From NCBI GenBank assembly GCA_963790025.1, contig CAWBMP010000004.1:1120001-1184000 (forward strand): DNA of 64,000 nt, read 5' to 3'. The translations under genes and the position numbers were made by a program. Positions within the stretch are counted from its first letter, which is position 1, and every line of letters begins with the position of its first letter. The stretch is from Nitrospirota bacterium (GTDB lineage Bacteria > Nitrospirota > Thermodesulfovibrionia > Thermodesulfovibrionales > Dissulfurispiraceae). A model generated the notes under the pieces. That model saw only the letters and a program-made list of their open reading frames with translations, did not search any database and was not told the origin of the DNA. Of the stretch, positions 52,415 to 61,632 are shown one piece after another.

Positions 52415-53629
52415 ATGGCAACAACGTTCACGTGGTCCGGCAGGACGCCTTCTGGCGCTGTAAAAAGCGGCGAGACTGTCGCAGGCAGCAAGGATGAACT
52501 TATCTCAATCCTCAGAAAGCAGGGTATAACGCCGACCGTTATTTCCGAGAAAAAAGCTGTTTTAAAACTCTTTGGGCCACGAAAACAGAAAGTAACCGAC
52601 AAGGACCTCGTAATCTTCACCAGGCAATTTTCCACCATGTTCGGAGCCGGCATACCCATTGTACAGGGACTCGAAATACTATCGAAACAGAGCGAGAACA
52701 AATCTATGGGCGAGATTATAGGCCAGATAAAAAACGATGTTGAAACCGGCTCGAACCTTGCCACTGCAATGAAAAAGCATAAGAATATTTTCGACGACCT
52801 TTACGTAAACCTTGTTGCAGCGGGTGAAGCCGGAGGGGTTCTTGACGAAGTCCTGACTAGACTGGCAGGTCATATTGAAAAGACCATGAAGCTTAAGAAA
52901 AAGGTCAAGGGGGCCATGATATACCCGCTCATTGTGGTTTCAGTCGCAGTATTGGTACTCGCTATCATAATGGTATTTGTCATCCCAGTGTTCTCAAAAG
53001 TTTTCGGCGATATGGGCGTCAAACTTCCAGGGCCGACAAGAAGCGTTATCTTGCTGAGCAATTTTTTAAGCGGCATCGGGGGAGTCGTTATATTCGCGGT
53101 GTTTCTTGCTTCAGTCTTTGGAATTAAACAATTCAGAAGAACCGAGGCAGGCAAGGTCAAAACCGACCGGTTTATCATTAAATTGCCCGTATTCGGCAAT
53201 TTAATAAAAAAAGTTTCTGTTGCAAGGTTTACACGGACACTGGGCACCCTCTTAAACAGCGGCGTTCCGATACTGGACGGTCTCGAGATATGTGCCAAGT
53301 CCTCGGGAAACAAAGTCGTAGAGGAAATTGTCATAGGGGTAAAGACCGAGGTTGCTTCGGGCAGAACAGTTGCCGAGCCGCTTTCCAAATCACCGGTTTT
53401 CCCACCTATGGTCTGCCAGATGATAAGCGTTGGCGAATCAACCGGCGCACTTGACCAGATGCTAATCAAGATCGCGGATTTCTATGACGATGAAGTGGAT
53501 AATGCGGTCGCAAACCTCACAACCTTGCTGGAGCCTATGCTGATGGTGTTTTTGGGCGTCACTATAGGCTATATAGTTGTTGCACTATATTTGCCGATAT
53601 TCCGTCTGGGTGACGTCATAGGGAAGTAA
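52415..53629 (+). CDS. pilC: Type IV pilus inner-membrane platform protein
   Basis: FTRQFSTM..AG.P, AGEAGG.L, VGESTGALD.ML and LYLPIF. Confidence 0.93.
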   Translation: MATTFTWSGRTPSGAVKSGETVAGSKDELISILRKQGITPTVISEKKAVLKLFGPRKQKVTDKDLVIFTRQFSTMFGAGIPIVQGLEILSKQSENKSMGEIIGQIKNDVETGSNLATAMKKHKNIFDDLYVNLVAAGEAGGVLDEVLTRLAGHIEKTMKLKKKVKGAMIYPLIVVSVAVLVLAIIMVFVIPVFSKVFGDMGVKLPGPTRSVILLSNFLSGIGGVVIFAVFLASVFGIKQFRRTEAGKVKTDRFIIKLPVFGNLIKKVSVARFTRTLGTLLNSGVPILDGLEICAKSSGNKVVEEIVIGVKTEVASGRTVAEPLSKSPVFPPMVCQMISVGESTGALDQMLIKIADFYDDEVDNAVANLTTLLEPMLMVFLGVTIGYIVVALYLPIFRLGDVIGK

Positions 53630-53726
53630 GCATAGTAAAGATAGTAGGCAGTAGGCATTAAGCAGCAAAGGACAAGGAAAAAAACCTGTAGGTCAATTGC
53701 TTCTTTTTTGATGCCTACTGCTTACT
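53629..53726. repeat. 7-nt-periodic inverted-repeat element (AGTAGGC type)
   Basis: agtaggc agtaggc attaagc agcaaag ... gatgcct actgctt act. Confidence 0.6.
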
Positions 53727-55080
53727 TCTTACTGTTTTTGTGCTTCGACAGCCGGTAGCGGAACTCTCTGAAAGACAGTCCGAGGAGTGCTGCCGCCTTT
53801 GTCTTCACCCCACCCGACATCTCAAGCGCCTTTTCAAGAAAGTTTTTTTCGAGCGCACCCAAATATTCGTCCAGATTTACTCCACTATCAGACAGACCGG
53901 CAGGCAAATCAGTCCCTGAATGAACCTTGTTCACAGGAACATTACAGGCGGTGCATTTCAAATAGCCGTCCTCCGACAGGATTATTTCCCTCTCTATCAT
54001 ATTTTTTAGCTCCCTTACATTGCCCCTCAATTCCTGCTGCAGTGCATACTCCACGAACGCGGAATCTATTTTTACTATATTCTTCTGGAACTTTTTGGAC
54101 AGCACCTTCGCAAAGTGATCGATGAGAAGTGGGATATCCTCCTTCCTTTCTTTGAGAGTAGGCAACCGTATCTCAAAGGTCGAGAGCCGGTAATAAAGGT
54201 CGCTCCTGAACTCGTCTTTTTCCGAAAGATCGTTCAGGCCCTTATTGGTGGCCGCAATCACCCTAACATCCACCTCAATTTCAATATTGCTCCCGAGGGG
54301 CCGTATTTTTTTTTCCTCAAGAAAGCGCAGCAATTTCGCCTGCAGCGGCGGCGGCATCTCTCCTATCTCATCCAGAAAGAGGGTGCCGCCGTTTGCCTCG
54401 TCAATGAGCCCTCTTTTTGAGTTATAGGCGCCGGTGAATGATCCTTTTGTGTACCCGAACAGTTCACTTTCGAGGAGTTGGGCAGGCAGGCTCGCACAGT
54501 TAACTGCTATAAACGGTTTGGTATTCCTCATGCTCTTGTTGTGGATCGCCTTTGCCACAAGCTCTTTGCCTGTGCCGCTATCCCCCAGGATAAGGACATT
54601 GGTGTCAAAAGGCGCTATCTTCTCGATCACGTTAAATACCCGTTGCATAGCTTCAGATTTCCCGACGATACTCTGGTAGGAGTCGGCATATCGCTGAAGC
54701 TCTCTCACCTTTTTATGTAACAATATGTTTTCTTTTATATTTTTTAAAACAATCCTTATCTCGTCAATATTAAAGGGTTTGGTGATATAATCATAGGCGC
54801 CGAGCTTCATGGCTGTTATGGCAGTTTCAGTTGACGCAAATGCCGTTATTATAAGGACAACGGAGTCGGGGTAGAGTTTCTTGAACGTCTGTAGCAAGTC
54901 TATGCCGGAGCCGTCAGAGAGTCTGAGGTCGATAATAGCGAGATCGAAATACTGCTGTGCAAACAGCGACCCCGCTTCAACAATACCCGAAGCCTGATAT
55001 GTTTCAAATCCAGTTTCCACAAGAAGAAGATTCAACGACTTCCTGATATTCTCTTCATCATCAACTATAAGCGAAAGCAT
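53722..55080 (-). CDS. pilR: PilR-like sigma54-dependent response regulator
   Basis: REC, GDSGTGKE, GSFTGA and C-terminal KTKAAALLGLSFREFRYRL; pilus context. Confidence 0.85.
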   Translation of the reverse strand: MLSLIVDDEENIRKSLNLLLVETGFETYQASGIVEAGSLFAQQYFDLAIIDLRLSDGSGIDLLQTFKKLYPDSVVLIITAFASTETAITAMKLGAYDYITKPFNIDEIRIVLKNIKENILLHKKVRELQRYADSYQSIVGKSEAMQRVFNVIEKIAPFDTNVLILGDSGTGKELVAKAIHNKSMRNTKPFIAVNCASLPAQLLESELFGYTKGSFTGAYNSKRGLIDEANGGTLFLDEIGEMPPPLQAKLLRFLEEKKIRPLGSNIEIEVDVRVIAATNKGLNDLSEKDEFRSDLYYRLSTFEIRLPTLKERKEDIPLLIDHFAKVLSKKFQKNIVKIDSAFVEYALQQELRGNVRELKNMIEREIILSEDGYLKCTACNVPVNKVHSGTDLPAGLSDSGVNLDEYLGALEKNFLEKALEMSGGVKTKAAALLGLSFREFRYRLSKHKNSKK

Positions 55081-55095
55081 ATAACACCTCTGTAC

Positions 55096-55203
55096 AAGGC
55101 AACGGGCTATAGGCGATAGACTATGGGTTAAAGGCCATGGCGAAATGTTGAAAAAAAAAGTTTATCTTTTGCCGATTGCCTGTCACCTATAGCCCGTTGC
55201 CTT
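55096..55203. repeat. 7-nt-periodic inverted-repeat element between pilS and pilR
   Basis: Perfect 18-bp IR AAGGCAACGGGCTATAGG / CCTATAGCCCGTTGCCTT around an A/T spacer. Confidence 0.8.
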
Positions 55204-55207
55204 TAAC

Positions 55208-56350
55208 TTATACCTTTTGCGGAAATATGATCGAAAATTTTGCTCCGCCAAGCGGAGAGGTACCGGCGAGAACCGTGCCGCCGAAGCCCGTTATGATTCC
55301 ATATGCGATTGCCAGCCCCAGCCCGGTGCCGTTTGGTTTAGTGGTAAAAAAGGGTTCGAAGATATTGTCCTTCATATCTTCATTGATACCGATGCCGTCA
55401 TCTTCCACTTCAATACATAGCTCCCTCTGGTCCTTTCTGAGTGCGACTCTCACGGTCGTCTGTGCTGCCTCGACCGCATTTTTAATAATATTATTGACAG
55501 CGATCTCCATAAAGGTCCTGTTTGCCGTGATTACAGCATCGCTCGCGTTGGTGAGAGTTATCTTTTTATCGCTCGCCTGGTGACTGACCAGCAGCTTCAG
55601 CATTGCAGAAAGATCGACATCTTCTTTCGGAGCATCAGCAGGCCTTGAGAACAGGAGGAAATCATTCACGAGGTTGATGAGACGTTTCACCTCGGTCATG
55701 AGCATATCTGTAAACTGCCTGTCGGTCCTGCCCTCATTCAGGAATTGCACAGCCGCCGATATCGAGGCAAGGGGGTTCCTTAATTCGTGTGCGAGATCTG
55801 CGCTTACCCTGTAAAGACGCTCATGCGCCTGCATTTTTATCTTTTCTTCTTCAAGACGCTTGATGTGGTGCTCCTGCTGCTCCATTCTCGTTTTCAGGTT
55901 ATCGCCCGCAAGAGCTATGAGGGAAAAAGCAAGAAGATGCAGCGAAATGTTGAGAACGCTCCCCCTTTCAAACATTATGCCGTAGCTATAGTACACCGCA
56001 CTATAAAGAATTGCAGAAATTGCCGGAAACAGAAGGATTTTCTTTGTTTTAATCAGGAATGACGAAAAAAAGATGGGGAACAAGTAAATAAGTGTCAAAA
56101 AAGAATAAATGCCAAAACTTATGTATACCATTGCAGAAATAAAGACAATATCAAGCAAAAAATCGAAATAGTTAACTTTCTTCGTGCTCACAACAAGCCG
56201 CAGGAGCACTATGGAAATATAGATGATCAGGATGTTTCTGAGGACCGGTACGGAGTAAGGCAGGCCAGCTATCTGAAATGCAATGAGCAGAGTCAGGGCA
56301 AAAATGAAACGACCAATGCGGTAATAATTGAAAAAAGACGAGGCATACAT
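55208..56350 (-). CDS. pilS: PilS-like membrane sensor histidine kinase (no PAS domain)
   Basis: About six TM helices, LAHELRNPL and PFFTTK..GTGLGL; upstream of pilR and divergent from the pilin. Confidence 0.78.
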   Translation of the reverse strand: MYASSFFNYYRIGRFIFALTLLIAFQIAGLPYSVPVLRNILIIYISIVLLRLVVSTKKVNYFDFLLDIVFISAMVYISFGIYSFLTLIYLFPIFFSSFLIKTKKILLFPAISAILYSAVYYSYGIMFERGSVLNISLHLLAFSLIALAGDNLKTRMEQQEHHIKRLEEEKIKMQAHERLYRVSADLAHELRNPLASISAAVQFLNEGRTDRQFTDMLMTEVKRLINLVNDFLLFSRPADAPKEDVDLSAMLKLLVSHQASDKKITLTNASDAVITANRTFMEIAVNNIIKNAVEAAQTTVRVALRKDQRELCIEVEDDGIGINEDMKDNIFEPFFTTKPNGTGLGLAIAYGIITGFGGTVLAGTSPLGGAKFSIIFPQKV

Positions 56351-56447
56351 AAGCGTTATGGCGTACCGAGTTCAGCGTTTAGCGTTAACGGCAACAACAA
56401 ACCCTCAACAAACTGACAAAACATAATTGTGTGTAGTTTATAAATAA

Positions 56448-56484
56448 TGACATTTTTTGTCAATAAGGGTGACTTTTTTTGTCA
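56448..56484. promoter_or_regulatory. Tandem palindromic enhancer sites (putative PilR UAS)
   Basis: TGACA-TTTTT-TGTCA (56448-56462) and TGACT-TTTTT-TGTCA (56470-56484), 22 bp apart. Confidence 0.7.
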
Positions 56485-56557
56485 ATATCGTCCTGGCCGC
56501 TCACTTTCTGTCTAATAAAGAATATTTTAAAACAGGCAATTGCGACGTAGCCCATGA

Positions 56558-56573
56558 TGGCACAAAAGATGCT
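56558..56573 (+). promoter_or_regulatory. Sigma54 promoter of the pilin gene
   Basis: TGGCACAAAAGATGCT (-24 GG / -12 GC). Confidence 0.8.
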
Positions 56574-56695
56574 TTTATTATATAATAAAGACACTTTTGA
56601 TAACGGATGAAAAGTCGGGAATAACTACCATCAGAGGGTGCTCAAGCACAAAAAGAATCCGCCATTGGCGGATGAGCGTGAGAAGGAGGTCTTAT

Positions 56696-57118
56696 ATGAT
56701 TACCGCTATTCAGAGAAGGAGAGCGAGCGACGAAGGGGGCTTTACCCTTGTCGAATTATTAATCGTTATTGCTATTATCGCTATCTTGGCAGCAATAGCA
56801 ATACCGCAGTTCGCGCAGTACCAGGAGAGGGCCATAAGGGCAAGCATGCAGTCTGATGCGAAGAACGTTGCAACGATGGAAGAAGCAAACTTCGGAGATA
56901 CTCAAAGCTATACGTCCGTGGCGGCAACAGCATCAGGTGGAGCATTTTCGGTCGGCAGCCAACCTGCAAAGGCGAGCAAAGGCAACATAGTCAGCGTCCT
57001 AGCCGTGGCACCACCTACTAATACATATGTAATAACTGTTAACAATTCAAGTGCCGGGACAGGCTCAACAAATTACACTATGGACAACAGCGGTGGCATG
57101 GCTTTTGTTGGTCCTTAA
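56696..57118 (+). CDS. pilA: Type IVa major pilin (15-aa leader, 125-aa mature)
   Basis: GG|FTLVELLIVIAIIAILAAIAIPQF; AAGGAGGT SD. Confidence 0.93.
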   Translation: MITAIQRRRASDEGGFTLVELLIVIAIIAILAAIAIPQFAQYQERAIRASMQSDAKNVATMEEANFGDTQSYTSVAATASGGAFSVGSQPAKASKGNIVSVLAVAPPTNTYVITVNNSSAGTGSTNYTMDNSGGMAFVGP

Positions 57119-57144
57119 ATCAGTTTCCTTTACCGATGCATCTG

Positions 57145-57175
57145 CAAAGGGCGGCATATGCCGCCCTTTGTTATT
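57145..57175 (+). terminator. Hairpin / intrinsic terminator after the pilin gene
   Basis: CAAAGGGCGGCATATGCCGCCCTTTG followed by TTATT. Confidence 0.75.
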
Positions 57176-57222
57176 AATATGAATTAATGGCTTTAGACAA
57201 GTATCATTATTGAAAGCGAGCC

Positions 57223-59151
57223 ATGAACCGCTACGATCTGATATTTTTATCGTCTTTTGCGATCTTCACCTTTTTTCTTACACCGAACATAAACACCGGC
57301 GACGGCGGGGAACTGGCTACGGCAGCCTGGTTCCTCGGCACGGCCCACCCGTCGGGCTATCCCTTATATTTGATGATAGGCAAAACTTTTACTTTTTTCC
57401 CCTTGGGAAATATCGCTTTCAGGACCGCCATAATCTCCGCGTTGTTCAGTTCGCTATCTTTAACACTCATATACTGGCTCATGCTGCGTTTGACATCCAA
57501 CAGCGCAGCCTCATTGTTTGCAGTAACTGTGCTTCTCGTTTCTTATTCTTACTTTTCCCAGTCGGTCGTCGCCAAGTTCTATATGTTGAATCTATTTCTG
57601 ATACTGCTGTTATTTACACTGTGGGCAACTCGTGTCAACAGCGCTGAGCACGAAGCCGTCGACAAACAAAACGGGCCATGTGACACACAGCTTTTATATT
57701 TTACAATGTTCATTGCCGGGCTGATCACTGCCAACCACCATACAGGCATAATTATTCTGTGCCCCGTGGCGGTTGCCTGTTTTTTAACAAAAAACTATCG
57801 TCTCAAATTTAGTACAATATTTACCGGAATTGCGCTTTTTATGTCCGGATTTTTTACAAATAGCTATCTGATTATCCGGGGGAGCGCCGATCATTTTTTC
57901 AATGCTCAAAATATCGATGACTTCATTGACTTCTATAAGGTCGTTACACGGCAGGTTTACGGCGACAGCAGTACAATAGCTTCGACAAACCTTTTAGTTC
58001 ATGGATTCACTTCATATTGGTACGCTCTCAAAAATTTCCTTTCGATACTGACATCCAATTTCAGTTACTTTTCTTACGCACTTTTTCTTGTCGGTTTCAT
58101 CTATTTGATAAGAAAAAACCCGAAATTATTTATCTTCATTTTTATCAGCTTAACAATGTACGGGCCGGCACTTGCGAAATTGACGCTGGTTTCAAAAAAG
58201 CAATATGAAATAGATTATTACATTACTGCCAACCAATATTTTATCCCGGCCATCTCCTTCTTTATAATCGTGCTCGCAATCGGGTTCCACCACTGCGAAG
58301 AGATTCTGAAAGATAGAGGGCTAAAGCTTCTATCGAAGCTGCTCCCCGTCACCTTGGCCCTTTTCCCTCTGGTTTTTTTAGTTTCGCGGGCAACGGACAG
58401 TGACTACAGGACCGATTTTGTTCCATATCAGCTTGCCAAAGATACTTACTCCGTATTACCTCCCGATAGTGTCATTATGACATTTGGAGATAATGCCTCA
58501 TACCAGGGATGGTACCTGAAACTCGTCGGCAGATACCGCGAAGATATATGCCAGATCGCGTCAGGCAATCAAAAGACAATAGATTGGATGTTCCAGGGAT
58601 GCGACAAAAAAATTTATGGCACCGTCTTCCCAATGTTTTATTCGAGAAAATTTAATGAATTGGTGCCTATGATACTCAAATACAGGTATTATGGTACCGA
58701 TCCTATAAAGGATAAAGGGGCATACAAGCAATACCTATGCAGCGACGCTGTTTCTATCGATTATTTATACCTCCCCCGGGAGGTGTTCACAAGCAATAGA
58801 ACTGAACTAAGCAAGGATGCCGGTTCTTTTCTGAGCCGAAAACAGCTTGCGGCTGACAAGGTGATTAATCCTTCTGTTTGCCTCACCCACTTTACCGACG
58901 ACCTCTTTTCGAGGCAGCTTTGCTCCAGTTATGTCATCCACCTGACCAATATTGCCAGGCTTTATTCCGAGGCATCCTATCATAGGACAGGAGAGAAAGT
59001 TAAGGTGCAGGCGAGAGATATGCGGAGCGGATACACCCAGCCGCTCTATACTGTCGATGTCACGGAAAAAAACAGACCCTATCTGGAACTTTCAACCCAT
59101 ATATTGAGGTTTAACAAATGGCCGATATTATACATGCGCAAAAAAGAATAA
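57223..59151 (+). CDS. DUF2723 / TMEM260-like GT-C membrane glycosyltransferase
   Basis: GDGGELATAA..LGTAHPSGYPLY signature, NHH motif, multiple TM helices and a GDN motif in the C-terminal soluble part. Confidence 0.82.
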   Translation: MNRYDLIFLSSFAIFTFFLTPNINTGDGGELATAAWFLGTAHPSGYPLYLMIGKTFTFFPLGNIAFRTAIISALFSSLSLTLIYWLMLRLTSNSAASLFAVTVLLVSYSYFSQSVVAKFYMLNLFLILLLFTLWATRVNSAEHEAVDKQNGPCDTQLLYFTMFIAGLITANHHTGIIILCPVAVACFLTKNYRLKFSTIFTGIALFMSGFFTNSYLIIRGSADHFFNAQNIDDFIDFYKVVTRQVYGDSSTIASTNLLVHGFTSYWYALKNFLSILTSNFSYFSYALFLVGFIYLIRKNPKLFIFIFISLTMYGPALAKLTLVSKKQYEIDYYITANQYFIPAISFFIIVLAIGFHHCEEILKDRGLKLLSKLLPVTLALFPLVFLVSRATDSDYRTDFVPYQLAKDTYSVLPPDSVIMTFGDNASYQGWYLKLVGRYREDICQIASGNQKTIDWMFQGCDKKIYGTVFPMFYSRKFNELVPMILKYRYYGTDPIKDKGAYKQYLCSDAVSIDYLYLPREVFTSNRTELSKDAGSFLSRKQLAADKVINPSVCLTHFTDDLFSRQLCSSYVIHLTNIARLYSEASYHRTGEKVKVQARDMRSGYTQPLYTVDVTEKNRPYLELSTHILRFNKWPILYMRKKE

Positions 59152-59741
59152 AACAGGCTGTAATAATAGCTGTTTGTATGATTTGCATTGTGCTTCTGCG
59201 TCTTTCTTTGGACCAGTGGCAGGGCTATTCCAAAGGGGCGGAAGAACTGAAAAAGGGCAATTACAATAATGCTATTATGTATTTCGATCGCGTTCTTAAT
59301 GCACATATCCCATTCAGCCCTCTTGAGAATAAGGCTGAAAAAAACTTGCTCGCACTTGGTTCAAAGTTCGAAAATGAGAAGGAATATGAACTTGCCCTAT
59401 TATGCTACGAGACCATACGGACATCCCGGTATCTGACACGGCATTTTTTCATTCCCGGTGCTTCACGCATTCCGTACTTGAGCAGTAGGATTGCAGCCAT
59501 CAAGGCCCGGGATTTGGTCAGGGACGGCCTCGTCAGAGATTATAAAGAAGGGTATAATCAGCAGCTCGGAATAATGAGTAGAGATTTCTCACCTTCGGTA
59601 TTCTGGTCACTCATTGCCGTAGCATCCTTCTGGGCTTATATTGGATTTATTGTTCTGTGGATATTAGAAAGAAAACGGGTTTATGTATACATTTTCTGTC
59701 TCGCTTTCATTGTTTGGATGACCGGCCTGTATTTTGCATAG
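59118..59741 (+). CDS. Membrane protein with TPR-like helices
   Basis: N- and C-terminal TM segments, with G.Y..AI.YF and ELALLCYE helices. Confidence 0.6.
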   Translation: MADIIHAQKRIKQAVIIAVCMICIVLLRLSLDQWQGYSKGAEELKKGNYNNAIMYFDRVLNAHIPFSPLENKAEKNLLALGSKFENEKEYELALLCYETIRTSRYLTRHFFIPGASRIPYLSSRIAAIKARDLVRDGLVRDYKEGYNQQLGIMSRDFSPSVFWSLIAVASFWAYIGFIVLWILERKRVYVYIFCLAFIVWMTGLYFA

Positions 59742-59771
59742 TTTTTTATCGCATACTATAGAAACAGGAAT

Positions 59772-60896
59772 ATGCACGTAAAGGGAGTTTTAATACTAAA
59801 CAGGAGATGTATAAGGCATCCGGAAAAAGGCGGGTCGGAAGCCTATACACTCGATTTTGCAAAGATACTAATAGAACAAGGGCATAACGTTGAGTGGTTT
59901 TCTTCCAGGGCAAACGGCCTGAAAGACAGGGAAGAAATAGAAGGCATAAGATTTGTCAGAAAAGGCAATGAACTGACAACCCATTTTCACGGTCTTCTTT
60001 ACGCACTTAAAAGAAAAGAATGGCTCATAGTAGACGTATTCAACGGCATCGGTTTTTTCACTTTTTTCATGAAGAACTCCATAATCCTGATCTTCCAGAC
60101 TTACAATGAATTCTGGACTACTGAATTGGGCACTATTGGCTATCCTTTTAAATTAATTGAAAAAATATTATTGCGCTTATATAGAAACAAGCCGGCAATT
60201 ACGATTTCAGATTCAACATCTCAGGATTTAAGAGAGATTGGATTCACTGATGTCAAAATAATACATCCTTGTATTACCATTAATCCATTGGACCATGTCC
60301 CTGAAAAAGAGAGCACATTAAAGCTGGTTTATCTGGGGAGACTAAAAAAGACCAAAAATCCGGAAGATGCGATAAGAGCATTTCTTCTTGTAAGGGAAAA
60401 AATTAAAGATGCAAAACTTTGCATTGTAGGAGACGGACCACTGTCCGTTTCACTCAAAGAAAAATATAAAAATGAAAAAGGAGTATTTTTTTTAGGATAC
60501 TTAAATAACGAAAAAAAATACGAGTATCTGAAAAAGGCACATTTCTTGCTTATTCCTAGTATACGAGAAGGCTGGGGGATGGTAGTAATCGAGGCAAATG
60601 CAATGGGAACACCCGCAATAGGATATAAGGTAAAGGGGTTGCAGGATAGCATTAAAGACGGAGATACAGGAATTCTTGTGTCAGGATGTGAGGCCATGGC
60701 TTTAAAGGTTTTGGAGCATTGGACGGACAGACAAAAGTATTACAAACTATGCAAACAAGCCCTTGAATGGGCAAGAGAATTCTCCCAGAAAAAAACAAGG
60801 CAGGATTTTATGACATATCTGGATGAGGAAAGGCCGCATAACGCAGTCAAAACCGTTATAGAAGACTCTCGACAGGAGTCAAAACGTCTGCCATGA
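59772..60896 (+). CDS. Glycosyltransferase family 4
   Basis: HPEKGGSE, YLGRL...K and PSIREGWGMVVIEANAMGTP. Confidence 0.92.
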   Translation: MHVKGVLILNRRCIRHPEKGGSEAYTLDFAKILIEQGHNVEWFSSRANGLKDREEIEGIRFVRKGNELTTHFHGLLYALKRKEWLIVDVFNGIGFFTFFMKNSIILIFQTYNEFWTTELGTIGYPFKLIEKILLRLYRNKPAITISDSTSQDLREIGFTDVKIIHPCITINPLDHVPEKESTLKLVYLGRLKKTKNPEDAIRAFLLVREKIKDAKLCIVGDGPLSVSLKEKYKNEKGVFFLGYLNNEKKYEYLKKAHFLLIPSIREGWGMVVIEANAMGTPAIGYKVKGLQDSIKDGDTGILVSGCEAMALKVLEHWTDRQKYYKLCKQALEWAREFSQKKTRQDFMTYLDEERPHNAVKTVIEDSRQESKRLP

Positions 60897-60897
60897 T

Positions 60898-61632
60898 ATG
60901 AAAACTCTGGTAGTAATTCCAACATACAATGAAGAGAACAATATAGGTAAAGTACTGGACGCCACTCTGCAATTCCTCGGCGGTGACATCCTTGTGGTAG
61001 ATGACAATTCAACGGACGCAACAAAGAATATAGCCGGGAATTTTCTTAATGCCGGAAGGGTCCACATGTTGGAGAGACCCTCAAAACTCGGCCTTGGCAC
61101 CGCTTATATCAATGGTTTTCAGTGGGGACTCGAAAGAGGTTATGAATTATTTTTTGAGATGGACGCAGACAACTCCCACAATCCCGCTGCTCTCCCATGG
61201 TTTGTCGAAAAGATAAGAGAGGGATATGACATAGTAGTGGGCTCAAGGTATTTAAACAATACTATCAGTGTCGTGGGCTGGGATTTCAAAAGGCTGCTGC
61301 TTTCAAAGTTCGGCAACTGGTATGCTTCGACTCTGCTGGGGTTGAAGCAATTCACCGATTTGACAAGCGGGTACAGGTGCTATACGAGTAAAGCTTTGAA
61401 GGCAATAGGGCTTGAAAAAATAAAATCTAACGGCTACGCCTTCCAGATCGAGATGGTCTACAGGGGGAATGTAAAAGGACTAAAGATTGCTGAGATGCCT
61501 ATAATATTTTATGAGCGGGGCGGAGGGGGATCGAAAATGAGCAGGAACATCGTAAGGGAGGCGGTATTTTTACCTTTGAAATTACATTTTGAAGCAATCA
61601 GCAATATATTAAAAAGGAATAATGACAGATAA
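60898..61632 (+). CDS. Polyprenol monophosphomannose synthase-like GT2 (DPM1/Ppm1 family)
   Basis: IPTYNE, VDDNSTD.T, KLGLGTAY..GF, EMDAD.SH.P, GYAFQIEM and GSKMS. Confidence 0.88.
   Translation: MKTLVVIPTYNEENNIGKVLDATLQFLGGDILVVDDNSTDATKNIAGNFLNAGRVHMLERPSKLGLGTAYINGFQWGLERGYELFFEMDADNSHNPAALPWFVEKIREGYDIVVGSRYLNNTISVVGWDFKRLLLSKFGNWYASTLLGLKQFTDLTSGYRCYTSKALKAIGLEKIKSNGYAFQIEMVYRGNVKGLKIAEMPIIFYERGGGGSKMSRNIVREAVFLPLKLHFEAISNILKRNNDR

Noticed and set aside
56585..56695. c-di-GMP (GEMM) riboswitch in the pilin leader
   Set aside because: It lacks the GGCAAAC...GAAA...CGCAAAG core.
56597..56695. N-terminal extension of the pilin ORF in the track (similar extensions for der, smpB, hfq, sodC, dnaJ and rsmE)
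   Set aside because: Downstream ATGs match the family N-termini and the SD or promoter positions.
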